Notes under the pieces: generated by a model
The model's input: only the letters and a program-made list of their open reading frames with translations
The model's database searches: none
Told to the model about the DNA's origin: nothing
In this document: piece by piece, positions 37,876 to 46,547 of the stretch
How positions within the stretch are numbered: the stretch's first letter is position 1
Layout of the letters: every line of letters starts with the position of its first letter
Made by a program: the position numbers and the translations under genes
DNA from: Clostridiales bacterium
Lineage (GTDB): Bacteria > Bacillota > Clostridia > Oscillospirales > Oscillospiraceae
DNA length: 64,000 nucleotides
Direction of reading: 5' to 3'
NCBI GenBank assembly: GCA_021203325.1
Contig: JAJQBL010000007.1
Coordinates: forward strand, 4,285 to 68,284

Positions 37876-38946
37876 TTACTTGACCTCCACGGTCCAGCCC
37901 TTGTCGTCGGGCAGCTTGCCCCACTGGATGCCGGTCAGGGTGTCATAGAGCTTCTGGGTCAGAGGGCCGATTTTGCCGTCGCCGATATAGGCGGTCTCGT
38001 CCTTCCACTTCAGTTCCTTCACCGGGGAGACCACGGCGGCGGTGCCGGTGCCAAAGACCTCCTCCAGCTTGCCCTCCTTGGCGGCGGCCATGATGTCCGC
38101 GATGGCAAGCTTGCCCTCGATGACCTCATAGCCCCAGTCCTTGCACAGCTCGATGCAGCTGCGGCGGGTGACGCCGGGCAGCACGGTGCCCACGGTGGCG
38201 GCGGTGTAAATCTTGCCGTCGATCTTGAACATGATGTTCATGGAGCCGACTTCTTCCACATACTTCTTCTCTACGCCGTCCAGCCACAGCACCTGGGCGA
38301 AGCCCTGCTCCTCAGCCAGCTCGCCGGCCTTGATGGAGGCGGCGTAGTTGCCGCCGCACTTGGTGAAGCCGGTGAGGCCGGGTGCCGCACGGATATACTC
38401 ATCCTCCACGTAGATGCGCACCGGGTCGATGCCCTCGGCATAGTACGCGCCGGAGGGGGAGCAGATGATGGAGAAGACATAGTGCTTGGAGGCGTGGACG
38501 CCCAGGCCCACGTCAGTGGCGAAGATGTAGGGGCGGATATACAGGGAGGTGTCCGCAGAATGGGGCACCCAATCCCGCTCCACGCTGACCAGGGTGGACA
38601 CAGCCTGAATAAAGTCTTCCTCCGGGATGTTGGGGATGCACAGGCGGTCGGCGGAGTCGTTCAGGCGGCGGGCGTTGCAGTCCGGGCGGAACAGCAGAAT
38701 TTTGTCCTCGGCGGTGCGGTATGCCTTCATGCCCTCAAAAATCTCCTGGGCATAGTGGAAGACCACGGTGGCCGGGTCCAGGGAGAAGGGCTGATAGGGG
38801 ATGATGCGCGGGTCATGCCAGCCCTGGCCCTCGGTGTAGTCCATGACGAACATATGGTCGCTGAACAGCTTGCCGAAGCCCAGCTTGCTCTCGTCGGCGG
38901 GCTTCTCCTTCGGACATTTGGTCAGTTCAATTTTAATATCCAACAT
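37876..38946 (-). CDS. ilvE: Branched-chain amino acid aminotransferase
   Basis: FGKLFSDHMF ... EGMKAYR ... features typical of class IV aminotransferases. The ATG at 38946 follows AGGAGG. Confidence 0.93.
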   Translation of the reverse strand: MLDIKIELTKCPKEKPADESKLGFGKLFSDHMFVMDYTEGQGWHDPRIIPYQPFSLDPATVVFHYAQEIFEGMKAYRTAEDKILLFRPDCNARRLNDSADRLCIPNIPEEDFIQAVSTLVSVERDWVPHSADTSLYIRPYIFATDVGLGVHASKHYVFSIICSPSGAYYAEGIDPVRIYVEDEYIRAAPGLTGFTKCGGNYAASIKAGELAEEQGFAQVLWLDGVEKKYVEEVGSMNIMFKIDGKIYTAATVGTVLPGVTRRSCIELCKDWGYEVIEGKLAIADIMAAAKEGKLEEVFGTGTAAVVSPVKELKWKDETAYIGDGKIGPLTQKLYDTLTGIQWGKLPDDKGWTVEVK

Positions 38947-39007
38947 AATATAGAACCTCCTGCTCAGAGTATCGGAAACCATCTGCGGCAGTCCCCGCAT
39001 TGACTCT

Positions 39008-39036
39008 ATTATAATGCGGAAGGCGAAAAGCTGCAA
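39008..39036 (-). promoter_or_regulatory. ilvE promoter
   Basis: On the minus strand: TTGCAG (39036-39031), 17 nt, TATAAT (39013-39008). Confidence 0.55.
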
Positions 39037-39117
39037 GGGGATTCTTCGGATTTTTTTACTTTTTCCACAAAAAGTTCCGCTTTCATCCGCACTTTTACAT
39101 AAAAGCCCTTTGTCGTG

Positions 39118-40518
39118 TTATGCCTGTTCCAGCCGGGACAGGATCACCCTGGCCACCTTCATGCCGCTGGCCCCGGCCTGGGCCAGGCCCCGGGTGGTGC
39201 CTGCCCCGTCTCCGGCGGCGAAGAAGTTCCGCATGGGGGTCTCCAGCTCGTTGGAGAGCTGGATGCGGCTGGAGTAGAACTTCACCTCCGCGCCGTAGAG
39301 CAGGGTGTCGTAGTTGGCGGTGCCGGGGGCCAGCTTGTCCAGGGCGTAGATCATCTCAATGATGTCGTCCAGCTGGCGCTTGGGCATGGCCAGGCTCAGG
39401 TCGCCGGGGACGGCGGCCTTCAGGGTGGGCCGGGTGAAGGACTGGCTCAGCCGGTGCTGGTTGGTGCGCACGCCCTTCACCAGGTCGCCGAACCGCTGCA
39501 CCAGCACCCCGCCGGACAGCATGTTGGACAGGCTGGCGATATGCTTGCCGTAGCGGTAGGGCTCGTTAAAGGGCTCCGTGAAGCGGTTGGACACCAGCAG
39601 GGCGAAGTTGGTGTTCTCACTGCGGAGGGCGGGGTCGGAATAGCTGTGGCCGTTGACGGTGTTGATGCCCTCCACGCTCTCCGCCACCACATAGCCGTAG
39701 GGGTTCATGCAGAAGGTGCGGACCTTGTCGCCATACTGCTTGGTGCGGTACACCAGCTTGGACTCGTACACCACATCGGTGATATGCTCGAACACCTTGG
39801 CGGGCAGCTCCACCCGCACGCCGATGTCCACCTGGTTGTTGATCAGGGGGATGCCCATGCCCTTGCACTGGGAGGCGAACCACTCCGCCCCGGAGCGGCC
39901 GGGGGCGGCCAGCAGGGTGGTGCAGTCCACGTCCTCCCCTCTGGCGCAGACCAGATGGTAGCCGCCGCCTTCGATGGGGCAGATTTGCTCTACGGCGGCG
40001 CGGAAGCGGAACTCCGCCTTGTCCTTCAGGTACTCGTAGATATTGGTCAGGATGTTCAGGTTGTTCTCCGTCCCCAGATGCTTGCACTGGGCCTGGAGCA
40101 GATGGAGGTCGTGCTCCAGCGCCTGCTTCTCCAGGGCCACCGCCTCCGGGGTGGAGGTGGAGTACAGCTCCGTGGTGGCGCCGAAGCGGACGTTGATGGC
40201 GTCCACATCGTGAATCAGCTCCATCACCTGGGCAGCGGGCATATAGTCCGTCAGCCAGCCCCCAAATTCCGTGGTGAAGTTGAACTTCCCGTCGGAAAAG
40301 GCCCCGGCCCCGCCGAAGCCGCACATGGTGTCGCACACCGGACAGTGGATGCAGCGATCCACCTTCCCCGCCACAACGGGGCAGTGGCGGCTATAAATGT
40401 CCGCACCCTGATCCAGAACCACCACCCGCAAATCGGGGCGTTTCTCCGTTAATTCGTAGGCGGCAAAAATGCCGGCCTCTCCGCAGCCGATAATGGCCAC
40501 ATCTGCCTTGGTCGCCAT
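39118..40518 (-). CDS. FAD-dependent oxidoreductase (COG2509-like, uncharacterised)
   Basis: N-terminal dinucleotide-binding motif DVAIIGCGEAGIFAA. A Cys cluster (CPVVAGKVDRCIHCPVCDTMCGFGG) is typical of this family. Confidence 0.8.
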   Translation of the reverse strand: MATKADVAIIGCGEAGIFAAYELTEKRPDLRVVVLDQGADIYSRHCPVVAGKVDRCIHCPVCDTMCGFGGAGAFSDGKFNFTTEFGGWLTDYMPAAQVMELIHDVDAINVRFGATTELYSTSTPEAVALEKQALEHDLHLLQAQCKHLGTENNLNILTNIYEYLKDKAEFRFRAAVEQICPIEGGGYHLVCARGEDVDCTTLLAAPGRSGAEWFASQCKGMGIPLINNQVDIGVRVELPAKVFEHITDVVYESKLVYRTKQYGDKVRTFCMNPYGYVVAESVEGINTVNGHSYSDPALRSENTNFALLVSNRFTEPFNEPYRYGKHIASLSNMLSGGVLVQRFGDLVKGVRTNQHRLSQSFTRPTLKAAVPGDLSLAMPKRQLDDIIEMIYALDKLAPGTANYDTLLYGAEVKFYSSRIQLSNELETPMRNFFAAGDGAGTTRGLAQAGASGMKVARVILSRLEQA

Positions 40519-40656
40519 AACGCAGTCTCCTTTATGGACTTCCTCTCCAAACCGGAGGAGTTTTCGTTTGATACAAAGAATATTATATCACACGTTGTCA
40601 ATTTTGTAAAAACCTGCTATACTAAAATGGAACGCCAATAGAAAGGGGCTTTTTAG

Positions 40657-41583
40657 TTGGAAATCGTCTTTTTCAGGAAGGATTTGCGCAAATGTTACGG
40701 CAGAGCCATGCTCTGCGTGGTTTGTATTCTTTTCTTCACCCAACTGTTCTCGGTTCCGGTCTACGGTCTGTATGACTGGGTGGTGGTGCCGCTGCTCCTG
40801 CGGCATGGCATTATGCCGGGATACGCCGGTCTGCTGCTGGTCAACGACATCTGCTCCTATTTGCCGCCGCTGATCATCATCCCTCTGGTGCTGCGGAAGA
40901 TGCCCAGGGCGGAGAAACCGGTCCCCCGGCCCCTCCCCGGGCGGGAGCTGGCCATCGCCATCCCTTTCTGCATTGGGACGCTGTACCTCTTCGCCTATGT
41001 GACCTATGGCCTCATTGACCTCATCGAGGCCCTGTCCGGCACGGAGACCACCAACATTCTGGACTCCCTGGGGGGAATCTCTCTGGGGCTGTACGCCTTT
41101 ACCACTGTAGTGGTGGCCCCGGTGTGTGAGGAGTTTCTCTTCCGCAGGCTGTACCTGAACCGGTGCCGGGCCCTGGGGGACGTCAGCGCCATCCTGCTCT
41201 CCGCCGCCGCCTTCGCCCTGATGCACCAGAACCTGTATCAGCTGCTGTACGCCTTCGCCCTGGGGATTGTGCTGGGCAGCGTGGCCATTCTCATCGGCCG
41301 CCTGCGGGAGTGCATCCTGCTCCACGCCTGCACCAATGCCGTCTCCGTCCTGCTGTCCCTGCCCATGCCGGACCTGGTATACTCCTTCCTGGGGTTGGGG
41401 CTGCTGGCCTGCATTGTCTTTACCGTCTACATCTTTTTGAAGCGATTTGGCCACTACAGCTTCGACCCGGGGCCGCTGCCCTACGACGGGGCCACAAAAC
41501 GGCGGATGTGCCTGCGCTCCCCCTGCTTCTGGATCTGCGGGCTGCTGGCCCTGGCGGCCAGCGTCGTCACCATTTTTATCTGA
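40657..41583 (+). CDS. CPBP-family intramembrane glutamic endopeptidase (CAAX protease-like)
   Basis: A multi-TM protein with EEFLFR and FALMH motifs. TTG start 8 nt after AAAGGGG. Confidence 0.8.
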   Translation: MEIVFFRKDLRKCYGRAMLCVVCILFFTQLFSVPVYGLYDWVVVPLLLRHGIMPGYAGLLLVNDICSYLPPLIIIPLVLRKMPRAEKPVPRPLPGRELAIAIPFCIGTLYLFAYVTYGLIDLIEALSGTETTNILDSLGGISLGLYAFTTVVVAPVCEEFLFRRLYLNRCRALGDVSAILLSAAAFALMHQNLYQLLYAFALGIVLGSVAILIGRLRECILLHACTNAVSVLLSLPMPDLVYSFLGLGLLACIVFTVYIFLKRFGHYSFDPGPLPYDGATKRRMCLRSPCFWICGLLALAASVVTIFI

Positions 41584-41595
41584 AACGAGGAATCC

Positions 41596-42582
41596 ATGAT
41601 GGAACAAATTTGGCTGGAATGCAGCATCGACACCGCCCCCGGCTGCCTGGACGCCCTGGCAGCCTACCTGACCGCCTGCGGCGTGGAGGGGCTGGTGCTG
41701 GAGGACGAATCCGACTTCGCCGCCTTTGAAGACGAGAACCGCCCCTTCTGGGATGAGGTGGACGAGGCCCTGAAAGCGGAGCGCCGGGGCGTCACCCGGG
41801 CCACCTTCTACGTCACCGCCGACGAGGAGGGCCGCTGCCGCCTGGACGAGATCACCGCCGGGCTGGAGGGATTCCGCAGCCGCACCCCTCAGGACGCCGG
41901 GACCCTGGCCGTCGCCACCCGCACCTTACAGGAAGAGGACTGGGCCAACAACTGGAAGCGGTATTACAGCCCCTTCCCGGTGGGGAAGCGGCTCTACGTG
42001 GTGCCGGAATGGATGCGGGGGGAGCCTGTGCCGGAGGGCCGGACGCCCCTCTACCTGAATCCGGGGCTGATTTTCGGCACCGGGAGCCACGGCACCACCC
42101 GCTTCTGCCTGGAGGGGGTGGAGCGCTACGTCCGCCCCGGCGACCGGGTGCTGGACCTTGGGACGGGCAGCGGCATCCTCGCCATTGCCGCCCTGCGGCT
42201 GGGGGCCGCCTCCGCTGTGGGCTGCGACATCGACCCCAAGGCCACCGCCGTGGCGGCGGAGAACGCCGCCTTCAACGGCATCGGCCCGGAGCTGCGGGTC
42301 TACACCGGCAACGTCATCGGGGACAGGGACCTGCAGGCCCAACTGGCGGGCCGGTACCAGCTGGTGCTGGCCAACATCGTGGCGGACGTGATTCTGCCCC
42401 TGTGCCCCCTGGTGGGGGACTATCTGGCGGAGGGCGGCCTGTTCCTGACCTCCGGGATTCTGGAGGGCCGGGGGTCCGAGGTGGCCGACGCCCTGACCGC
42501 CAACGGCTTTGCCGTTCTGGAGCGGCGGGAGCGGGACGGCTGGGTCAGCTTCACCGCCGCGCGGAAGGGTGAAACCCCGTAA
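41596..42582 (+). CDS. prmA: Ribosomal protein L11 methyltransferase
   Basis: WANNWKRYY, FGTGSHGTT and the SAM motif LDLGTGSGILAIAA. Confidence 0.92.
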   Translation: MMEQIWLECSIDTAPGCLDALAAYLTACGVEGLVLEDESDFAAFEDENRPFWDEVDEALKAERRGVTRATFYVTADEEGRCRLDEITAGLEGFRSRTPQDAGTLAVATRTLQEEDWANNWKRYYSPFPVGKRLYVVPEWMRGEPVPEGRTPLYLNPGLIFGTGSHGTTRFCLEGVERYVRPGDRVLDLGTGSGILAIAALRLGAASAVGCDIDPKATAVAAENAAFNGIGPELRVYTGNVIGDRDLQAQLAGRYQLVLANIVADVILPLCPLVGDYLAEGGLFLTSGILEGRGSEVADALTANGFAVLERRERDGWVSFTAARKGETP

Positions 42583-42601
42583 AACGGGCCGGCGTTTTTC
42601 G

Positions 42602-42654
42602 GAAAAAGGCAAAAAAGAAGTGACCCGGCTCTTAACTCAGAACCGGGTCACTTC
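42602..42654 (-). terminator. Strong intrinsic terminator oriented for the minus strand (the hairpin may also stop prmA)
   Basis: 12-bp stem gaagtgacccgg / ccgggtcacttc (42617-42628 / 42643-42654). On the minus strand it is followed by TTTTTTGCCTTTTT. Confidence 0.75.
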
Positions 42655-43368
42655 TGTTCACTGTCAATTTGCAGCTTCATCCTACCGGACGCCTCCTTTT
42701 TTTCTGATTTTGTTGATGCTGACGTTCCACTTTGCCACTCTGTCCGCTGATCCTTTTGTCATTCAGCGTTTTTTTGCAGCGTACCCGCCTTTCTGAACTT
42801 ACGCTTCTCAACTGCAATTCAGGGAAGGATACGAAAGACGCTCACATGAGAGCCTGTCACGAACGGGAATTCAGCAAATGCTCTGTGGTATTCCACACCT
42901 TATTCTATGACCTTCGTATTGTCCTTTGATCGGAGCCCCGGTTTTCTGAAAACCGACACCCGAACAACTCGTTCCCGGTGACGATTGAGGCGCTTCGGAA
43001 CTGTCTGGGCGAATCCTGTACGGAACCCATCGCCGTTGCCTGTTACCTCTGCCGGTTAGTCGTCCGGTTCCTTCGGAACTGCCAATCCTGCGCGCTGTTT
43101 CTGCAACAGCCGGAACCCGGAAGGAATTCAGCGAATGCTGTGCGGCACCCCGCACCCTCTCGTGGTATCCTGCGCTCTGTGGTCACTTCTCTGGAATCTC
43201 AGCTTTCCAACCAATCGTCTGCCTGAGCGACTGGAATTGCGGAAGTGGTTCAGCGAATGCCGTACCTTGTACTGCGTCTCCTCTCTGCGCCGCCTGCGCC
43301 GCTTCATCGGCCTCAGGCTCCCGCACGCGGAGCAAATGAATCAAAGGGGAAAGTGGAAAGAGTTCGCT

Positions 43369-43925
43369 TCACCTGTACATTGGCCCGTACCTCCCGGTGT
43401 TATGGTTCTGGTGACCCAGCGGCCTAACACATCCTTTCTGTCAGCAGGTGGAAAAAAGGTGGATGGGGCTAAGCTAAACTGCACATTAGACTGTACCTCC
43501 TTATGTTATTTGCCTGGTTTCTTGAAGTCCAGTTTCATAACACATCGTCCTTTCAAACGAAAGAGGAAAAGTGGAAGGAGCTAATCAAAACTGTTCATTG
43601 GACCGTACCTCCTTGTGTTATTTGACTGCTATTTTGAAGTCCAGTTTCATAACACATCGTCCTTTCAAACGAAAGAGGGAAAGTGGAAGGGCCTAATGGA
43701 AACTGTACATTGGACTGTACCTCCTGCAATTCGAAGTCGGCGCCTTGCAATGGAGTTTCGCTTCAACAAGTCCTTTCATACAGAGAAAAGGGAACAGGCT
43801 GTTGTCGAGTCAGCTCTCGTTTTCACTGTTCTTTGGAGGGTACCTCCTTGTTTAGATTCTGCCGGTTGCCAGGGCGGCTGCCTGTCTTACGCTAGGTCTT
43901 AGGACTCTCCTCCTTCCTGTTGGAG
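43369..43925 (-). repeat. Six tandem ~106-123-nt modules (SD, mini-ORF, CU tract, hairpin)
   Basis: GGAGGTAC anchors (minus strand) at 43394, 43500, 43612, 43724 and 43847, plus a degenerate copy near 43913. An identical 45-nt core occurs at 43522-43566 and 43634-43678. Confidence 0.85.
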
Positions 43926-43954
43926 TGGATTGGGTGGTTTCTTTTGATGTATTA

Positions 43955-43983
43955 AGGATACCACAGGTCGGCCATCTTGTCAA
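43955..43983 (-). promoter_or_regulatory. Near-consensus sigma-70 promoter driving the non-coding unit
   Basis: On the minus strand: TTGACA (43983-43978), 17 nt, TGgTATCCT extended -10 (43963-43955). An A/T-rich UP-like tract lies upstream (43984-44030). Confidence 0.6.
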
Positions 43984-44151
43984 GCACTTTTTTAAATAAA
44001 AATCACAAAAATATATTAACAATTTGTGAACGATTCAAAAAACCGTTGTGTTCTCCGCCTGTTTCCGTTATAATACCAATAGCACCGAGCCACATATACC
44101 GCATCCGCCGCCTCTGCGGCCCAGATGCGCACGATCTGGAGGAAGAATCTC

Positions 44152-44331
44152 ATGGAATTGCTGAAACGGAAAATCACCTCTGCGGGCAGCGCCTGCCTGG
44201 TCTGCGGAATTATTTCCATCGCCACCGGCCTGACCACCGGCATCATCCTGCTGGCCCACGGCGGCCGCCTGCTGGCGGAGCGCCGGCACTGCGACGCTCT
44301 GCGGGAGCAGCTCTACGGCAGCGACCTGTAA
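44152..44331 (+). CDS. Small single-TM protein (59 aa)
   Basis: GGAGGA lies 8 nt before the ATG at 44152. It has the TM segment ACLVCGIISIATGLTTGIILLA. A TATAAT hexamer sits at 44069-44074. Confidence 0.45.
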   Translation: MELLKRKITSAGSACLVCGIISIATGLTTGIILLAHGGRLLAERRHCDALREQLYGSDL

Positions 44332-44378
44332 CCGGATACGCTCTTACGTCCCACCCCGCTGTGGGCTGATGCAAAACT

Positions 44379-44413
44379 GTGCGGAGAAGCGGTAGTTTCT
44401 TCGCACTTTTTTT
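44379..44413 (+). terminator. Intrinsic terminator after the small membrane ORF
   Basis: Stem gtgcggagaa / ttcttcgcac (one G-U pair) followed by T7. Confidence 0.7.
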
Positions 44414-44669
44414 GCCTTGGCGGGCCGCCTGGGTGTGAGCATGTCCGAAAATTAGTTCGAAATGCAAGATTCTGTCAGCTTTGTACGAAATTTTACAAAT
44501 TTCTTACCTGTTTTTTACAGAGGGCGGATATGGAAATCTTCCGATAAACTGGTATAATAGGGAAGGAAATCTTGCAGGTCGATCATACTTCGGCGCGTTT
44601 CTGCACAGCCCGGGTCATCCCACAGTCTGGAGCGCCGCCCTGAGACAGAGATAAGGGAGCTTGAACGGA

Positions 44670-46298
44670 ATGGAGCTTTTAGATGTATTTACCCTCCTGG
44701 GAGGCGTAGGGCTGTTCCTCTACGGCATGACGCAGATGTCCAGCGGCCTGAAGGCCGCCGCCGGGGACAACCTGCGCATCATCCTGCAAAAGGCCACCAG
44801 CAACCGCTTCACCTCGGTGATGGTGGGGATTCTGGTGACGCTGATGATTCAGTCCTCCTCCGCCACGGATGTGATGGTGATCGGCTTCGTCAACGCAGGG
44901 ATGATGAGCCTGAACCAGGCCATCGGCGTCATTATGGGCGCCAATATCGGCACCACGGTGACCGCCCAGCTGACGGCCTTTAATCTCAGCTCCTATGCCC
45001 CGCTGATTCTGTTTGTGGGGGCGATCATGTACCTGTTCCTGAAAAACGGCACGGTGAAGAGCATCGGCTCCGTGATTCTGGGCTTCGGCATGCTGTTTGA
45101 GGGCATCGCCCTGATGAAGAGCGCCATTGCCCCCCTGGCGGAGTCGGAAGCCTTCGTCAATATGCTGTCCGGCCTCAGCAACCCGATTCTGGCCATTCTG
45201 TTCGGCGTGGCCTTCACCGCCCTGCTGCAAAGCTCCTCCTCCTCCATCGTCATTTTCCAGGCCTTCGCCTCAACGGGCATCCTGAGCTATGAGGTGGCGG
45301 TGTACCTGATTCTGGGGGCCGCCGTTGGCTCCGTCACCCCCAACCTGCTGGCCGCCCTCACCGCCAACCGCAACGGCAAGCGCAGCGCCATCCTGAACCT
45401 GCTCTTTAATGTGGTGCGGTGCGTGGTCATCGGCGTCATCATCACCCTGTTCCCCCAGGTGCTGGGGCTGATTCAGAGCCTGTCCCCCAACGACATCGCC
45501 CGCCAGATCGCCAACACCCACACCATTTTCGCCATCTTCGCCGTGATCATTGAGCTGCCGCTGACCAACACCATCGTCCGGCTGGCGGAACGGATCATCC
45601 CCCTCAAAGAGGAAGAAACTCAGAAGGCCAAGGACCAGCGGCTGGTGTACTTAAACTCTCTGGACAGCCTGCCCGCCGCAGTGTCCCTGAACCAGGCCAA
45701 GCTGGAGATTTACCGCATGGGTGAGTTCGCCCTGAAAAACCTCCGCACCGCCATTGACTACTTCTTCGACGATGACGACGCGAAGATTCAGAAGGTGTTG
45801 GACCGGGAGGACACTGTGGACTACCTGGACCACAACATCACCCAGGCCCTGATCGACCTGCGGTATCACCACCTTCCTCCCCGGGATCTGAACCGGCTGG
45901 GCCGGCTGCTGCTGGACGTGTCCGACATTGAACGCATCAGCGACCATGCGGTGAACCTGACGGAATACCGCCAGAAGCTGAATCAGCGCAGGGGCACACT
46001 GACCAAGGAGGCCATGGACGACCTGCACAAAATCGCCGACGCCACCCTGGCCAGCGTGGAGTACAGCCTCCAGCTGTTCCGGGACGACCGCTTTGAGGAC
46101 CTGCCCCAGGCCGAGGCCCTGGAGCATATCGTCAACGAGAACAAGGACATCTGCATCGCCAACCATGTGGACCGTATGATGGAGGCGGAGTGCGACCCCA
46201 TGGGCGGCGTGGTCTACTCCGACATGGTGACGGATTTGGAGCGCTGCTCCGACCACGCCATCAACGTGGCCTATTCCCTCAGCGGGCAGGACAGCTGA
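44670..46298 (+). CDS. Na/Pi cotransporter family protein with C-terminal PhoU-like repeats
   Basis: GGVGLFLYGM ... IQSSSAT motifs occur twice, followed by a soluble PhoU-like C-terminus. The ATG at 44670 lies 10 nt after AAGGGAG. The track start (TTG at 44661) is also possible. Confidence 0.9.
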   Translation: MELLDVFTLLGGVGLFLYGMTQMSSGLKAAAGDNLRIILQKATSNRFTSVMVGILVTLMIQSSSATDVMVIGFVNAGMMSLNQAIGVIMGANIGTTVTAQLTAFNLSSYAPLILFVGAIMYLFLKNGTVKSIGSVILGFGMLFEGIALMKSAIAPLAESEAFVNMLSGLSNPILAILFGVAFTALLQSSSSSIVIFQAFASTGILSYEVAVYLILGAAVGSVTPNLLAALTANRNGKRSAILNLLFNVVRCVVIGVIITLFPQVLGLIQSLSPNDIARQIANTHTIFAIFAVIIELPLTNTIVRLAERIIPLKEEETQKAKDQRLVYLNSLDSLPAAVSLNQAKLEIYRMGEFALKNLRTAIDYFFDDDDAKIQKVLDREDTVDYLDHNITQALIDLRYHHLPPRDLNRLGRLLLDVSDIERISDHAVNLTEYRQKLNQRRGTLTKEAMDDLHKIADATLASVEYSLQLFRDDRFEDLPQAEALEHIVNENKDICIANHVDRMMEAECDPMGGVVYSDMVTDLERCSDHAINVAYSLSGQDS

Positions 46299-46431
46299 AC
46301 CCCTGTTCAGGAATGACCGGGCCGACCCAGGATGACCTGGGGCGGCTCGGTTTTGGTTTGTCCGGGCCGCCCCTCCGTACAATCGTGCAAAAGAAAGGCT
46401 GCCGCCGGTTTGCATCTTGTTCCTTTTGATA

Positions 46432-46460
46432 TTGCAATCTCACTTGAATTCGGTTATAAT
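46432..46460 (+). promoter_or_regulatory. icd promoter
   Basis: TTGCAA (46432-46437), 17 nt, TATAAT (46455-46460). Confidence 0.6.
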
Positions 46461-46547
46461 AGAGGGCGTAAACTGTGGAAATGCGAAACGATTTTCGCTT
46501 CCCCTTGCAAAAGGCTGTATGCAATGCGCAGAAATGAGGTATACATC

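Larger units (their letters stand above)
42602..43948 (-). ncRNA. Candidate ~1.35-kb non-coding (or mini-ORF-only) transcript of unknown class
   Basis: Promoter at 43983-43955 and terminator at 42654-42602 on the same strand. No credible ORF on either strand. The region is dense with internal repeats and hairpins and is lower in GC than its flanks. I did not recognise it as any known RNA family. Confidence 0.45.

Noticed and set aside
42871-43584. Track ORFs inside the non-coding block (94 aa on the minus strand at 42871..43155, 149 aa on the plus strand at 43135..43584, and several 60-95-aa ORFs).
   Set aside because: They have no RBS at a usable distance. Their sequences are Arg/Cys/Pro-rich, and their apparent internal repeats (VHWPVPP, LNCTLDCTS) merely mirror the DNA repeats. 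Composition is unlike that of neighbouring genes.
43369-43925. Whether the tandem repeats could be a CRISPR array or a DGR template/variable repeat pair.
   Set aside because: The period is ~112 nt with graded divergence across whole units, not short identical repeats separated by unique spacers. No cas or reverse-transcriptase gene is nearby. Differences between copies are not adenine-specific.
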